Assembly (NCBI GenBank): GCA_963663705.1
Contig: OY760504.1
Coordinates: 1,224,063-1,288,062, forward strand
Direction: 5' to 3'
DNA from: Armatimonadota bacterium
GTDB taxonomy: Bacteria; Armatimonadota; UBA5829; DTJY01
DNA: 64,000 nucleotides
Shown here: positions 37,658-47,938 of the stretch, piece after piece
Position numbering within the stretch: position 1 is the first letter of the stretch
How the letters are laid out: each line of letters begins with the position of its first letter
Position numbers and translations under genes: made by a program
Notes under the pieces: model-generated
Told to the model about the DNA's origin: nothing
The model's database searches: none
Seen by the model: only the letters and a program-made list of their open reading frames with translations

Positions 37658-38020
37658 ATGGGATTTTTGAACCCTAATCACAGAGGCCTCGCTTATGGCG
37701 ATGGCTATATACAGGCTGAAGGAAAGTGCGGCCAGTTCGTGAAGCTGGTCGGAAACGATCTCTTCGCAGTAAACACCGATCCGACCGCCAAGTCGTTTGG
37801 CGTGCTGATCAAAGACTACAAAGCAGGCGATATGCCCGGCATATTCTGCATGGGCGGCGTCTATGAGACCGATGTGTTCGACGGCACCATCGCGGCAGGA
37901 GACGACCTGAAGGTAGCAGCTACCGGCCATCTGACCGCAGGCGTTGGTGTCGGCGACGTAGTAGTGGCCACTGCCATATCGGTATCCGGTGGCACGCTCA
38001 AGTTCCGCCTGCTGATATAG
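37658..38020 (+). CDS. hypothetical head protein (possible decoration protein, DUF2190-like)
   Basis: 120 aa, Gly/Ala/Val-rich, between the scaffold gene and the capsid gene. Confidence 0.3.
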   Translation: MGFLNPNHRGLAYGDGYIQAEGKCGQFVKLVGNDLFAVNTDPTAKSFGVLIKDYKAGDMPGIFCMGGVYETDVFDGTIAAGDDLKVAATGHLTAGVGVGDVVVATAISVSGGTLKFRLLI

Positions 38021-38039
38021 GAGAGACGAGGAGACAGCA

Positions 38040-38903
38040 TTGGAGAACAATAAGATAAACATTCACAGCCAGGAATATATGGAGACGATGGCGCGTCTCA
38101 TGAGCGAGGCACTGGAATCCCCTGATGGAATGAGGGCACTCGCGGCGGCTATAGCAGTCCCGATCGAACAGGAGATCGCGAGGAAAGAGATTACCTCACT
38201 TCTCCTCACCCAGCATACGCTCCCGAAAGGCGAGCGCCCGATCTACCAGAAGAAACCTAAAGTGAACGCCTACTGGATCAGCACCGAGGGTGAGGCAAGG
38301 GAGCAGGAACTCGGACAGGACGAGGTCGAATTTCCAACCAACCGCATCCATTCCACGCCGATGGTCGACGTTAGCGTCCTAAAAAATGGAAACATCGGCA
38401 CCTTGATGGACATCCAGACTTCCGCTTCCGACGAGATCAGGAAGGAGATCGACAGGCGAACACTCACCGTCCTCTCTGCCGCAGTGCCGGCCGCGAACAC
38501 GATCACGGTTACAGGCGGCAAGCTCACCGACGATGCGCTGAACGAAGCTATCTCCATCATCGAGGATTTGGAGCTTTCAGTAAAGTATATCGTCATGCGA
38601 GGCAGGCGTTTTAACGACATGCGTGACTGGGACCTCGACCCTGAGACGCGGGCAGAGCTCAGAACCAAGGGTGTCATCAAAAACTACGGCACCGGCGGGA
38701 TTCTTCTCACTGCATCCGCCGATATGACTGAGATACTGCTTCTTCCGGATGAGGAGATCGGCAAGATGCCGGTTCGTGAAGCGCTCAGGACCGAGGCAAT
38801 CGACCAGAAGACACGGTTCAAGACCGGATGGCTTGTCTGGACGGAACTCGGACAGGGTGTGACTCGCCCTGAAATCATGGCGAAGATCAAGATAACAGCC
38901 TAA
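38040..38903 (+). CDS. putative major capsid protein
   Basis: 287 aa, directly after the protease/scaffold and decoration genes. Assigned by position; no motif verified. Confidence 0.45.
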   Translation: MENNKINIHSQEYMETMARLMSEALESPDGMRALAAAIAVPIEQEIARKEITSLLLTQHTLPKGERPIYQKKPKVNAYWISTEGEAREQELGQDEVEFPTNRIHSTPMVDVSVLKNGNIGTLMDIQTSASDEIRKEIDRRTLTVLSAAVPAANTITVTGGKLTDDALNEAISIIEDLELSVKYIVMRGRRFNDMRDWDLDPETRAELRTKGVIKNYGTGGILLTASADMTEILLLPDEEIGKMPVREALRTEAIDQKTRFKTGWLVWTELGQGVTRPEIMAKIKITA

Positions 38904-38914
38904 GGAGGGCAACT

Positions 38915-39214
38915 GTGTCCAAAGTAAAGAATGTCCAGCCCGGCATACTAATAATTGCCGATGCAGGGCTGAAGCTCACGCCGGGAGAAGTCGCCGAGAT
39001 GGAGACACTTACGGTGCAGGTAAAGAGAGCCATCGAGAATGGGCTTCTTGCCCATGTCGAGGTCGAAGTTAAGCAGAAAGCAAAATCGCCCGGCAAAGAA
39101 AACGAAAAAACTAGCGCCGATGTAAAGGCACCTGAATCAAACTTGCAGATGGATCTCAAAACGAATGCTCAGACTGCAAAGCCCGATACTGGAGTGACTA
39201 ATGGCGCTGGTTGA
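38915..39214 (+). CDS. hypothetical head-associated protein
   Basis: 99 aa. Confidence 0.3.
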   Translation: MSKVKNVQPGILIIADAGLKLTPGEVAEMETLTVQVKRAIENGLLAHVEVEVKQKAKSPGKENEKTSADVKAPESNLQMDLKTNAQTAKPDTGVTNGAG

Positions 39215-39713
39215 TCTGGTGGCGATGCTTCGCACAGATCTCGCCGATCCTAATGCAGACCGCTTTTCTGATGTAGTGCTTGAGCGGTGTATCCTGAAGT
39301 CGGTCGCCTCCGTGGCCCGTGATCTGGAGGTCGATATGAGCGTTTCAGGCAGCGACACCCTGAATTGTCCAACTCAGGCTGAAACGCTTGAGATGCTCAT
39401 ACTCCAGTCGCAGATCGAGGCGTGCAGGTTCATGCGAGCGGCAACGGCGAATGCCTTCTCGTTCTCATCAGGCGATAAGCGGGTCGATAAGACCAGTCAG
39501 CCGGAGCACTGGGCGAAGCTCGAATCGGATCTGTCGGCCACGTACAGGATGCGCCTCCACGATCTAAGGCCGGATGGCATGCCGGAGGATGATTATATCA
39601 TCACCCCGCGTGAACTGAGACCGGTGATATTTGAACAGGGAGTCCACCATTGCAGGAACCACTTCTCTCGCGGAGCGAACGGATCGACGCCGCATCACAG
39701 GTGCGAGGACTGA
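39201..39713 (+). CDS. hypothetical protein (head-tail connector region)
   Basis: 170 aa; position only. Confidence 0.3.
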   Translation: MALVDLVAMLRTDLADPNADRFSDVVLERCILKSVASVARDLEVDMSVSGSDTLNCPTQAETLEMLILQSQIEACRFMRAATANAFSFSSGDKRVDKTSQPEHWAKLESDLSATYRMRLHDLRPDGMPEDDYIITPRELRPVIFEQGVHHCRNHFSRGANGSTPHHRCED

Positions 39714-40012
39714 TTACGTCGTCAGGTCAGGCGGCAGTACTACTTCGAAAGCAGGCTGGCGAAAACCTTTACGGGACCGACGAGGGCACGTTCGCGGAGA
39801 TATGCACATTCCCGCTCGAGATTAACGAGGCGCCGCCGGTAGACTTGACAAAGAAAGTCGATGCAATAGCGAGTGTTCTCCCTGAAATAGATGTACGAGT
39901 ATGCGATCGTGTTCATTTCGGGGCTAACGAGTACCGAGTCCAGGCCGTCACAGAGGAGTCGCTCTTTGGAACCCGGACCCACAAGGTTCTCGATCTCGTG
40001 CTACTCCGCTGA
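39650..40012 (+). CDS. hypothetical protein (head-tail joining region)
   Basis: 120 aa; the start is likely downstream of the track start. Confidence 0.3.
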   Translation: MQEPLLSRSERIDAASQVRGLITSSGQAAVLLRKQAGENLYGTDEGTFAEICTFPLEINEAPPVDLTKKVDAIASVLPEIDVRVCDRVHFGANEYRVQAVTEESLFGTRTHKVLDLVLLR

Positions 40013-40014
40013 TA

Positions 40015-40272
40015 TCAGGACTCTTTCCTGCGGCAGCAATCTGAAAAAGCGGATAAGAGCATCAGGCCTCCGGCGAGAGCATTAGTTATGCCCCAGTATA
40101 AATAAACACTTGGGCTGGCATCCGCGAACTCCTTCAGGGTGCCGTGATAACAACTTGGGAGAAAGCGGGACTTGGTCGTGCAGCTCCACTGTACATACCT
40201 TTTCTTTCCTATTATTAACGCCAACCCGGCAGCAAGAAAGAATGATCCTGCTGTTATCTGTAATTTTCGCAT
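40015..40272 (-). CDS. small two-TM membrane protein (opposite-strand moron in the head-tail module)
   Basis: 85 aa with two hydrophobic helices (ITAGSFFLAAGLALIIG and YLYWGITNALAGGLMLLSAF). Fills the 314-bp gap between plus-strand genes. Confidence 0.4.
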   Translation of the reverse strand: MRKLQITAGSFFLAAGLALIIGKKRYVQWSCTTKSRFLPSCYHGTLKEFADASPSVYLYWGITNALAGGLMLLSAFSDCCRRKES

Positions 40273-40326
40273 GATTCACCTCGTGGTCTTAATAGACTAT
40301 ATGCAGGGTATTCCCTGCCGCCGTGC

Positions 40327-40854
40327 TTGCGAAACGGCTCATGGTCTCCGAATTGGAGGATTCACATGACAGTTAGAAGATTCGGTGACTGGGACAGGGC
40401 AAAGGAACTTCTCTGCAATAATCTGGGTCACCGCATGGCCCTCGAGATCAGGAAGGCGACGATCAAAAACGCACTGCTTCTGGTTCGGGAGATCAAGCGT
40501 GGAATCCGCGATCAGGCCCCAGGTGGGCAGCAGTTTACGCCGCTCGCACAAGTCACGATAGACCATAAAGGTTCGAGCAAGGCGCTCATAGACACGGGCT
40601 TTCTCGTGAATTCGATAACTCAGAAGATAATGTCAGATGGCGCCTTTGTTGGCCTTCTCCGTACATCATTGAACAAGGACGGTGAAAACATGGCAAACAT
40701 TGGGGCGATCATGGAGTATGGCTGTACGATCAACCATCCGAGCGGTGCTGTGATAGTGATACCGCCCAGGCCGTTCCTTCACCCGACCATGGTCAAATAC
40801 CAGGACGAAGTGATACTAAACTATCGTGATGCGCTGCTTGCCATCCTGAAATGA
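40327..40854 (+). CDS. hypothetical tail-completion region protein
   Basis: 175 aa; position only. Confidence 0.3.
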   Translation: MRNGSWSPNWRIHMTVRRFGDWDRAKELLCNNLGHRMALEIRKATIKNALLLVREIKRGIRDQAPGGQQFTPLAQVTIDHKGSSKALIDTGFLVNSITQKIMSDGAFVGLLRTSLNKDGENMANIGAIMEYGCTINHPSGAVIVIPPRPFLHPTMVKYQDEVILNYRDALLAILK

Positions 40855-40866
40855 GGTGTTCGTACA

Positions 40867-41385
40867 TTGGAACTTATTCGCGAAGTAGTAGAGGCGTTCG
40901 TCCGTCTGATCAAGGCAGAGGTACATACGAGCGCGGTTCTAGTATCGGCGGACGATATCTTTGAAATCGCCAAGTCGCCAAGCCTTATTCTCCATGGACC
41001 GACGATCTCGGAGGATGCGGGACGTCGCTCACTCGTAAAGATGGTGGCAAAGCATGTCAATGAATCGACCTTCGAGGAGCGAAATCGTCCGAGGCTGTAC
41101 CACCTGGACTTCGATCTGATCGCCACTACCGCGACCGAAGGTGAACTCCTTGACATGATGGAGGGAGTCGCGCGCTTCTACCAAGTGCATCCGATGATCA
41201 TGGTCGGAGATCATGGGACACTCAATCTGACGGAACTCGTGTCGCTCGGAGGGCTGAAGAGGGTCAACCTCTCGAATCTACGCCAGGCATCCGGTAGGTG
41301 CAGGATCGAGGACTGCCCGGTCTTCGATGGTCGTGTGATTATCGGCCCGCTGGTCAAAGAAATTCTGCTTGATATTAAAGCGTAG
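40867..41385 (+). CDS. hypothetical protein (possible tail terminator/sheath stabiliser by position)
   Basis: 172 aa; position only. Confidence 0.3.
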   Translation: MELIREVVEAFVRLIKAEVHTSAVLVSADDIFEIAKSPSLILHGPTISEDAGRRSLVKMVAKHVNESTFEERNRPRLYHLDFDLIATTATEGELLDMMEGVARFYQVHPMIMVGDHGTLNLTELVSLGGLKRVNLSNLRQASGRCRIEDCPVFDGRVIIGPLVKEILLDIKA

Positions 41386-41452
41386 AAAAAAGATCCTTCG
41401 CATTGCTCAGGATGACATTATCAGCCGTTACTATTAGCCAAAAGGAGTCGTC

Positions 41453-41692
41453 ATGAAACTCAAGAACCTGCTCTTTCAGCCGCTCACGCTCAACATAGCC
41501 CTCGACAGTAAAGGGCTGCACCTGAACGCACGGGAGGCTACGGATATCCTCGAAAGCCGCATATCGGATGAAATATTGAAGGCTGAGGTGCACGGCATAG
41601 TGTCGCTCATGAACGCGGTGGACGAAGGGATAACGAGCCCGCTCGGCAGAGGCAAGGATTCCTCGACTCAAAAGAAAGTGAGCACCAAATGA
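41453..41692 (+). CDS. hypothetical protein
   Basis: 79 aa, coupled to the sheath gene. Confidence 0.3.
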   Translation: MKLKNLLFQPLTLNIALDSKGLHLNAREATDILESRISDEILKAEVHGIVSLMNAVDEGITSPLGRGKDSSTQKKVSTK

Positions 41693-43215
41693 CTTCATAC
41701 CTCTCCCCAGGGGTTTACACAAAAGAAACCGATTTCAGCTTCTACGTGAAGCGTATATCCACGAGCGCATGCGGCATGGTCGGCATCGCGGAGAAGGGAC
41801 CCATCAACGAAGCAACGCTCGTCACAAGCTGGGAGCAGTTTGTGCGAAAGTTCGGCGGCTATACGCAGGATGGCTACCTTGCCTACTCCGCGCGCGCCTT
41901 CTTCGACAACGGCGGGCAGGTGCTGTACGTCAATCGAGTGGCCCATTATGCGGAGACGGTCTTATCAGCAAAGAAGGCATCCGTAACCGTAAAGAACCGT
42001 AAAACCGGCGAGACTGCGCAGGACACCCTCAAAGTGAGCGCCGTGTCTGAAGGCAAGTGGGGCGAAAACCTCTCCGTCACCATATCCGACGGAATCGCCG
42101 ATCCAGCGATCGGGTTCAACATCGCGGTTAGTCTTAAAGGTGAGGTCGTAGAAGTCTTCAGAGATCTGTCGATGGACGAATCGAAGGCGAATCACGTGGC
42201 ACTCTCGGTCAACGGGCACTCGGCGTATATCACCGTGGAAGATATGTCCCTTACCGCCAACACGCCTGACGATCGACCGGCAGTCGGGACAGTACTCCTT
42301 GCAAATGGAGACAACGGCGTCACCGGAATGACCGATGTGGATTACATCGGTGACTCAACTCAGCATACCGGATTGTACGCCTTCGACGGCATTGAAGACC
42401 TTAACCTGCTGTGCGTTCCGGGTGTCACAACTGCTGGAGTCATCACGGGCGGGATCGCATATGCCGAAGGGCGCAAAGACATCCTGTTCGTCGCCGATGC
42501 GCCGATGATGCTTGAACCGCTCGATACCGTGGACTTCCGCAAGGGCGAAGGGACTTACACGCATGCCGCCTTCAACTCTTCATATGCAGCGCTGTACTAC
42601 CCATGGCTCGTGATCTACGATCCGCTCACAGGGAGAAACAAGACAGTCCCTCCATCGGGGGCAGTCACGGGATGCATCGCTCGCTCTGATGAAAAGACAG
42701 AGGTCTGGTACGCGCCTGCCGGGATAGATCGTGGTCGAATTGCCGGGGTGCTCTCTCTTGCATACAAGGCGGGCCGTGGTGAACGTGACGTCCTCTACTC
42801 AGAAGGGATCAACGTGATCGCGTCGTTCCCTGACACCGGCATCAACATCTGGGGGCAGAAGACCCTGCAGAGCCAGTCATCGGCAACTGACCGCATCAAC
42901 GTCCGTCGGCTGATGATGCACGTGGAGAAGGCGATTTCGCAGTCATCGCGCTTTGTGGTGTTCGAGCCGCACAACGCGAAAACCTGGCGCTCATTGGTGC
43001 GAACCATCGATCCATTTATGCTCGGTATCAAGAGCCGGGGTGGCCTGTACGACTACCGCATTCAGTGCGACGAAGAGACAAACACTGCCGATATGATCGA
43101 TAAGAACCAACTCGTTCTGCGTGTCTTCGCGAAGCCCACGAAGACCGCTGAGTTCATCGAGTTGAACTTCGTCCTTATGGCGACGGGCGCGGACTTCAAG
43201 GAACTGGAGGGATAA
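41689..43215 (+). CDS. contractile tail sheath protein
   Basis: N-terminal SPGVYTKE..., 508 aa, followed by tube and chaperone genes. Confidence 0.8.
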   Translation: MTSYLSPGVYTKETDFSFYVKRISTSACGMVGIAEKGPINEATLVTSWEQFVRKFGGYTQDGYLAYSARAFFDNGGQVLYVNRVAHYAETVLSAKKASVTVKNRKTGETAQDTLKVSAVSEGKWGENLSVTISDGIADPAIGFNIAVSLKGEVVEVFRDLSMDESKANHVALSVNGHSAYITVEDMSLTANTPDDRPAVGTVLLANGDNGVTGMTDVDYIGDSTQHTGLYAFDGIEDLNLLCVPGVTTAGVITGGIAYAEGRKDILFVADAPMMLEPLDTVDFRKGEGTYTHAAFNSSYAALYYPWLVIYDPLTGRNKTVPPSGAVTGCIARSDEKTEVWYAPAGIDRGRIAGVLSLAYKAGRGERDVLYSEGINVIASFPDTGINIWGQKTLQSQSSATDRINVRRLMMHVEKAISQSSRFVVFEPHNAKTWRSLVRTIDPFMLGIKSRGGLYDYRIQCDEETNTADMIDKNQLVLRVFAKPTKTAEFIELNFVLMATGADFKELEG

Positions 43216-43218
43216 GCC

Positions 43219-43677
43219 ATGAATGTTTCAATGCCGGAGAGCCTGTACCAGAATTGGCAGTTTGCCATCGAGGTGAACGGGTTCGATGTGGCTCTCTTTA
43301 AGAAAGGCCAGGAGCCAAAGACAGAGTTTGAGGAAGTGACATTCTCCCCTGCTGGATCGATGTTCGACCAGAAGGTCGCCGGGCGTATGAAATTCGGCGA
43401 CATCACGCTTGAAAAAGGAGTGCTCGCCGACGGTTCGGACGAGGCAGCCCGCGATTGGGTGCGTATCCAGGCGGATGTGAACCTCGGGGTCGGCGCGCTG
43501 CCTGAAGAGTACATGCGCGATGTTGACATAGTACGCTACGACAGGGCCGGAAATGAGACCCGGCGCTGGACTCTCCACGGAGCATGGGTGAAGTCGCTCG
43601 AGTACGACGACCTCGAAGGCGGGAGCAGCGATAACACAATCGAGAAGATTACCTTGGCGTTCCAGTATTGGGACTAA
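43219..43677 (+). CDS. tail tube protein
   Basis: 152 aa, immediately after the sheath gene. Confidence 0.6.
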   Translation: MNVSMPESLYQNWQFAIEVNGFDVALFKKGQEPKTEFEEVTFSPAGSMFDQKVAGRMKFGDITLEKGVLADGSDEAARDWVRIQADVNLGVGALPEEYMRDVDIVRYDRAGNETRRWTLHGAWVKSLEYDDLEGGSSDNTIEKITLAFQYWD

Positions 43678-43701
43678 TGAGTACAACAAAGGAGATTAAT
43701 C

Positions 43702-44376
43702 TTGTACACATACGAACTGCCGAGCGGGCCTGAAATAGAGATCCGGGAGATGACCGGGGTAGAGGAAGAGATACTCACCAACCAAAGGCTTATACGTTCA
43801 GGTGATGCTATTAATCAGGTTCTCAAGAACTGCGTCCTTCGTATCGGGGATAATACCGAACCGGACATGAATGACGTTCAGGCAATGCTCTCCGGTGATA
43901 GATTATTCACGCTGGTGAAACTCCGCGCGATATCCCTCGGCGATGGGGTGGAGCTGATGCTCACTTGTCCGAACACTGTCTGCCGAGCGAAGAACCATGT
44001 CGTAATCAATCTGGACGATTTGGCTGTAACTCCATATGGCTTGGAGAGGGAGTTTGCCTTTGCCTTACCGGTCACCGGAGAGAAGGTACGGTTCTGCTAT
44101 CTCGATGGCTCTAAGGAGAAGCGCCTTGCCCAGATGAAGGAGCCGACCATCTCTGCTGCAATGATGATCCGGATACTCGATATCGACGGCAATGCTCCCT
44201 CAAAGAAGACTCTTGCTGAAATGTCGATGCGTGACCGCTCGGCACTCAGGCAGGAAATGATGCGTGTAGATGCCGGTATCGACACGAACGTCATCACCCA
44301 ATGTGACGCCTGCGGCGCGGAGATTCGGACAAAGCTCGAGGCTGAACCGGCTTTTTTATTCCCAGGAGTACGCTGA
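43702..44376 (+). CDS. tail assembly chaperone (G-like, zero-frame product)
   Basis: Position between the tube and tape-measure genes. Ends just past a slippery heptamer. Confidence 0.55.
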   Translation: MYTYELPSGPEIEIREMTGVEEEILTNQRLIRSGDAINQVLKNCVLRIGDNTEPDMNDVQAMLSGDRLFTLVKLRAISLGDGVELMLTCPNTVCRAKNHVVINLDDLAVTPYGLEREFAFALPVTGEKVRFCYLDGSKEKRLAQMKEPTISAAMMIRILDIDGNAPSKKTLAEMSMRDRSALRQEMMRVDAGIDTNVITQCDACGAEIRTKLEAEPAFLFPGVR

Positions 44377-44528
44377 TTCAGGATGCGTTCTTCCTCGGTT
44401 ACGGCGGCCTGCATTGGGGCTATGCCGAGGTGGCGCATCTGCCGATTCGGGTTCGCAAAGAGTTTGTGGAATCCCTTCAGAATCAGTTGGACTTTGAAAA
44501 GCAGGAAATCGAAAGACAGCGCAGGTAG
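44352..44528 (+). other. programmed -1 frameshift site and extension of the tail assembly chaperone (GT-like product)
   Basis: Slippery heptamer T_TTT_TTA at 44352-44358 in the zero frame of the chaperone. The -1 frame reads FFIPRSTLIQDAFFLGYGGLHWGYAEVAHLPIRVRKEFVESLQNQLDFEKQEIERQRR and stops at 44526-44528, just before the tape-measure start at 44532. Confidence 0.6.
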
Positions 44529-44531
44529 CAT

Positions 44532-47462
44532 ATGAATGATCTCGGACTCGGCATAATCGTATCCCTGAAAGATGCCTTCACGCAGAACGCATCCCGCATC
44601 CAGTCATCCATGCAGTCGCTCGATTCATCCATCGATATGGCAGGCGCGAATATGACCCGCAACCTCGGCCTGATCGAGAAAGGGACGATGATGATCGGGG
44701 CGGGATTGGCGCTCCTTGCTATACCAACCGCATTGGTGGCGTCTACAGCTGCAACACAGCGAGCACTCGGAGAGCTTGCATCTGTCGGCGTAAAGGACTT
44801 TCGGGCGATGGAAGATGCGGCTGAGTCGTTCACGAACCAGTGGGCCGGAGCGAACAAGGCCGAGTTCATCACCGCTGCGTATGATGTGAAGTCGGCGCTT
44901 GCAAGTCTATCAGATACGGCTGTCGGAACGTTTGCGGCTATGGCTGCACTCACCGCAAAAGCGACTAAGGCCACGACACAGGAGATGGTGGAGACTTTCA
45001 CGACCGCATACGGAATCTTCAAGCCGATGATGGCCGAGATGTCCGATATGGACTGGGCGAAGATGTTCTCAGGGGCGCTCTCGGAAACGGTTGGTGTCTT
45101 TAAGACCACTGGACCGCAGATGGCTGAAGCGATAAAGAATATCGGCGCGATTGCGGCGGCATCGAATGTGCCGCTCCAGGAACAAATGGCGATCCTCGGG
45201 CAGCTTCAGACGACCATGCCGGGATCGGAAGCAGGTACGCTCTACAAGGCATTTATGCTCAAAGTTGCGGAAGCAGGGAAAGAGCTTGGAGCATCGTTTA
45301 TCGGTACAAATGGCCAGCTTAAGGGAATAGTCCCGATCCTTGAGGAAGTTAAACGGAAGTTCCCGGATCTATCGCAGGCAATGGTACAGGTGAAACTTAA
45401 GAAGGCGTTCGGCTCTGACGAGGCAGTGCGTTTTCTGCTACAGATGTCGATGGGACTTGGCCAGCTTCAAGGCAATATCAAACTTATCGAACAGGCAATG
45501 AAAGGCGGTACTGCCGTAACCCTTGAGATGGCAAAAGCCATGAACATGGACATTGGCTCGCAGTTCACCGTAGTTAAGCAGCAGGCCCAGAACCTTGTGG
45601 AGATACTCGGCCGGACGCTTCTTCCTGTGGTGACTCCCGTATTCCAGTCCGTATCACGGTTCATCCTTCACCTGCAGGGCATGGCCAGGTCGATGCCGGG
45701 TGTCACGCGGGTAGTGCTCACCCTCTGCGCGGTATTCGGGGTTGTGCTCGTTGCTGTTGGCAGCGTCATTTCGGTGATAGGCACAGTCGGCATAGTCCTT
45801 CCGGCAGTCGAGGCGGGGCTTGCCGCAATGGGCACAACCCTTGCTGGGGTTGGAGGCGCAATCTCCGCCGCATTCCTGCCAGTGACAGCCATTATCGCGG
45901 GTGTGATCATTGCGGTTGTACTGCTTAAAAAAGCCTGGGAGACGAACTTCGGCGGCATACGGGACGTGGTATCGAATGCCTGGAATAAAGTTTCGATGGT
46001 CTTCCAAGGCATAAAGGCGCTTATTGGTTCGCTCTCCGGTGGCACAGGCCAGATGTCGTCGGAACTCGCCCAGAAACTGCAGTCGGCTGGACTCATGCAG
46101 TTCGTGACAGGTGTGTTCCAAGTCTACTACCGAATACGTGAATTTCTATCCGGATTCTGGCAGGTGCTTACGGCAAGCTTTGGCAAAGTTCGCGGCATAA
46201 TAGAGCCCGCGGTCAAGACGCTGGTCGGTGCCTTTGCACCACTTGGGGATGCGTTCAGATCTGTACTCTCCGTATTCGGGATAGCCGCAAATCAAATCGA
46301 CGCATCATCCTTCAGGAACTTCGGGAAGATCCTCGGATCAGTCCTTGGCATAGTGGTGCAGGTCGGAGCATACATCATTAAGTTTTTGGTCTACCCGCTT
46401 GCGCTTGCAATCAGGGTTATCGCACTGGTAATACAGGGCGCCGTATGGCTCGGGAAGGCGATTGCGAATGCACTTCTAACGGCCGCACCATACGTCTACC
46501 GGTTCTTCCTGCCACTCAGAATGCTTATGGAAGCGTTCCGTCTTGTAGGCAGCATTGTCTATACGGTCTGGCAGATGATTACAGGCAACGTCTCGGTAAT
46601 TGGCGGTCTGCGGTCCATCGGGAGTGCCGTAGCGAATTATCTGGCAACGCCATTTCTGTGGGCCAGAGATGTTGTGTCCGGTGTCTGGGCTTTCATACGC
46701 GATGTATTTTCATCGATCGGCAGATATGCAGGTAGTGCCGCCGGTGCAGTGAAGGGCGCTATATCAGGCGCATTCTCGTCTGTTCTCTCTGCCGCATCGA
46801 ATCTTGCCTCATCAGCATTTCAGAGCGGACGGTCGATAATGACCACACTCGCATCCGGCATACGGTCGGCTGTCATGGCTCCTTACGAGGCGGCAAAGTC
46901 TGTGCTCGCGAAAGTGAGAAGACTGCTACCGTTCTCCGATGCGAAGGAAGGCCCGCTCTCGGCACTTACGGCAAGCGGTATGGCAATGCTTCATGCCTTT
47001 TCCGTCGGTATTGATAGGGCATCGGAGATTCCAGCAAAGGCAGTGTCGAGATCACTTTTGTCAGCACGGCGGATAATGAATGCGTCTCTTATGTCGGGCG
47101 TAGTTACTGGGACACTGGCACTCTCGCCAACGATTACTGGTGCGATGCCAAGCCTATCTACTGCGCCGGTGCCTGTAGTGACTTCGGTGTCTGCCGATCA
47201 GCCTGTGGACAACAACGTCCAGTCGCAGACAAGGCTTCTTGCAGAGACCAGAGGTGTCGCATCTCGGGGTACTGGCCTTACAACTACCGGAAGAACGGAT
47301 GATCTGCAGTCGGTAATATCCGCGCTATGTGCAAAGCTCGATTCGATCTCCGAACGCCCGATTGAGATTCAGGTTACAACAACCCTCGACGGGCGAAAGA
47401 TAGCGCAGTCGGTATACAAAGATATGCGTGAACGCAAGGTCAAGAATTATGAAACCATGTGA
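44532..47462 (+). CDS. tail tape measure protein
   Basis: 976 aa, Ala/Gly-rich with multiple hydrophobic segments, downstream of the chaperone frameshift. Confidence 0.8.
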   Translation: MNDLGLGIIVSLKDAFTQNASRIQSSMQSLDSSIDMAGANMTRNLGLIEKGTMMIGAGLALLAIPTALVASTAATQRALGELASVGVKDFRAMEDAAESFTNQWAGANKAEFITAAYDVKSALASLSDTAVGTFAAMAALTAKATKATTQEMVETFTTAYGIFKPMMAEMSDMDWAKMFSGALSETVGVFKTTGPQMAEAIKNIGAIAAASNVPLQEQMAILGQLQTTMPGSEAGTLYKAFMLKVAEAGKELGASFIGTNGQLKGIVPILEEVKRKFPDLSQAMVQVKLKKAFGSDEAVRFLLQMSMGLGQLQGNIKLIEQAMKGGTAVTLEMAKAMNMDIGSQFTVVKQQAQNLVEILGRTLLPVVTPVFQSVSRFILHLQGMARSMPGVTRVVLTLCAVFGVVLVAVGSVISVIGTVGIVLPAVEAGLAAMGTTLAGVGGAISAAFLPVTAIIAGVIIAVVLLKKAWETNFGGIRDVVSNAWNKVSMVFQGIKALIGSLSGGTGQMSSELAQKLQSAGLMQFVTGVFQVYYRIREFLSGFWQVLTASFGKVRGIIEPAVKTLVGAFAPLGDAFRSVLSVFGIAANQIDASSFRNFGKILGSVLGIVVQVGAYIIKFLVYPLALAIRVIALVIQGAVWLGKAIANALLTAAPYVYRFFLPLRMLMEAFRLVGSIVYTVWQMITGNVSVIGGLRSIGSAVANYLATPFLWARDVVSGVWAFIRDVFSSIGRYAGSAAGAVKGAISGAFSSVLSAASNLASSAFQSGRSIMTTLASGIRSAVMAPYEAAKSVLAKVRRLLPFSDAKEGPLSALTASGMAMLHAFSVGIDRASEIPAKAVSRSLLSARRIMNASLMSGVVTGTLALSPTITGAMPSLSTAPVPVVTSVSADQPVDNNVQSQTRLLAETRGVASRGTGLTTTGRTDDLQSVISALCAKLDSISERPIEIQVTTTLDGRKIAQSVYKDMRERKVKNYETM

Positions 47463-47938
47463 GGTTAAAGTTGGATAGCAGGCAGATCACAACCGGGCAT
47501 CTGGTAGACGTGGTAACCAGGGAGTCCCTCGAATTCCAGTACAACCCGGACGAGATCACCGATGATAAGAGCACCGACTTCGCCACCATCAAAGTGCCCG
47601 GGATGAGCCATCCGAGGTATCAGTACGTTGCAGGAGAGGCACGTCGAATTAACTTTAGGCTCACATTCTTCAAGGGTGAGGTAAAGAAAAAGGTTGCGTG
47701 GCTCCAGTCGCTTCTATATCCGCAGCACGAGAAAACAATGCTCCGGAATGCTCCGCACAAGGTTCTGTTCTTCTTCGGCGATCTGTATGCTGGTGTTCCC
47801 TGTATAGTGCGGCAGGTCAGGGTCAGATATTTTCATATGTTCGATGCATCAAATCTGCTGCCTCAGCATGCGGAGGTAGAGATCACCCTTGAGGAGATTG
47901 TGAATAAGTCTGTTAGTTACAGCGAGGTGAGGAAATGA
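47459..47938 (+). CDS. tail protein (P2 gpU-like by size and position)
   Basis: 159 aa, immediately after the tape-measure gene. Confidence 0.4.
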   Translation: MRLKLDSRQITTGHLVDVVTRESLEFQYNPDEITDDKSTDFATIKVPGMSHPRYQYVAGEARRINFRLTFFKGEVKKKVAWLQSLLYPQHEKTMLRNAPHKVLFFFGDLYAGVPCIVRQVRVRYFHMFDASNLLPQHAEVEITLEEIVNKSVSYSEVRK

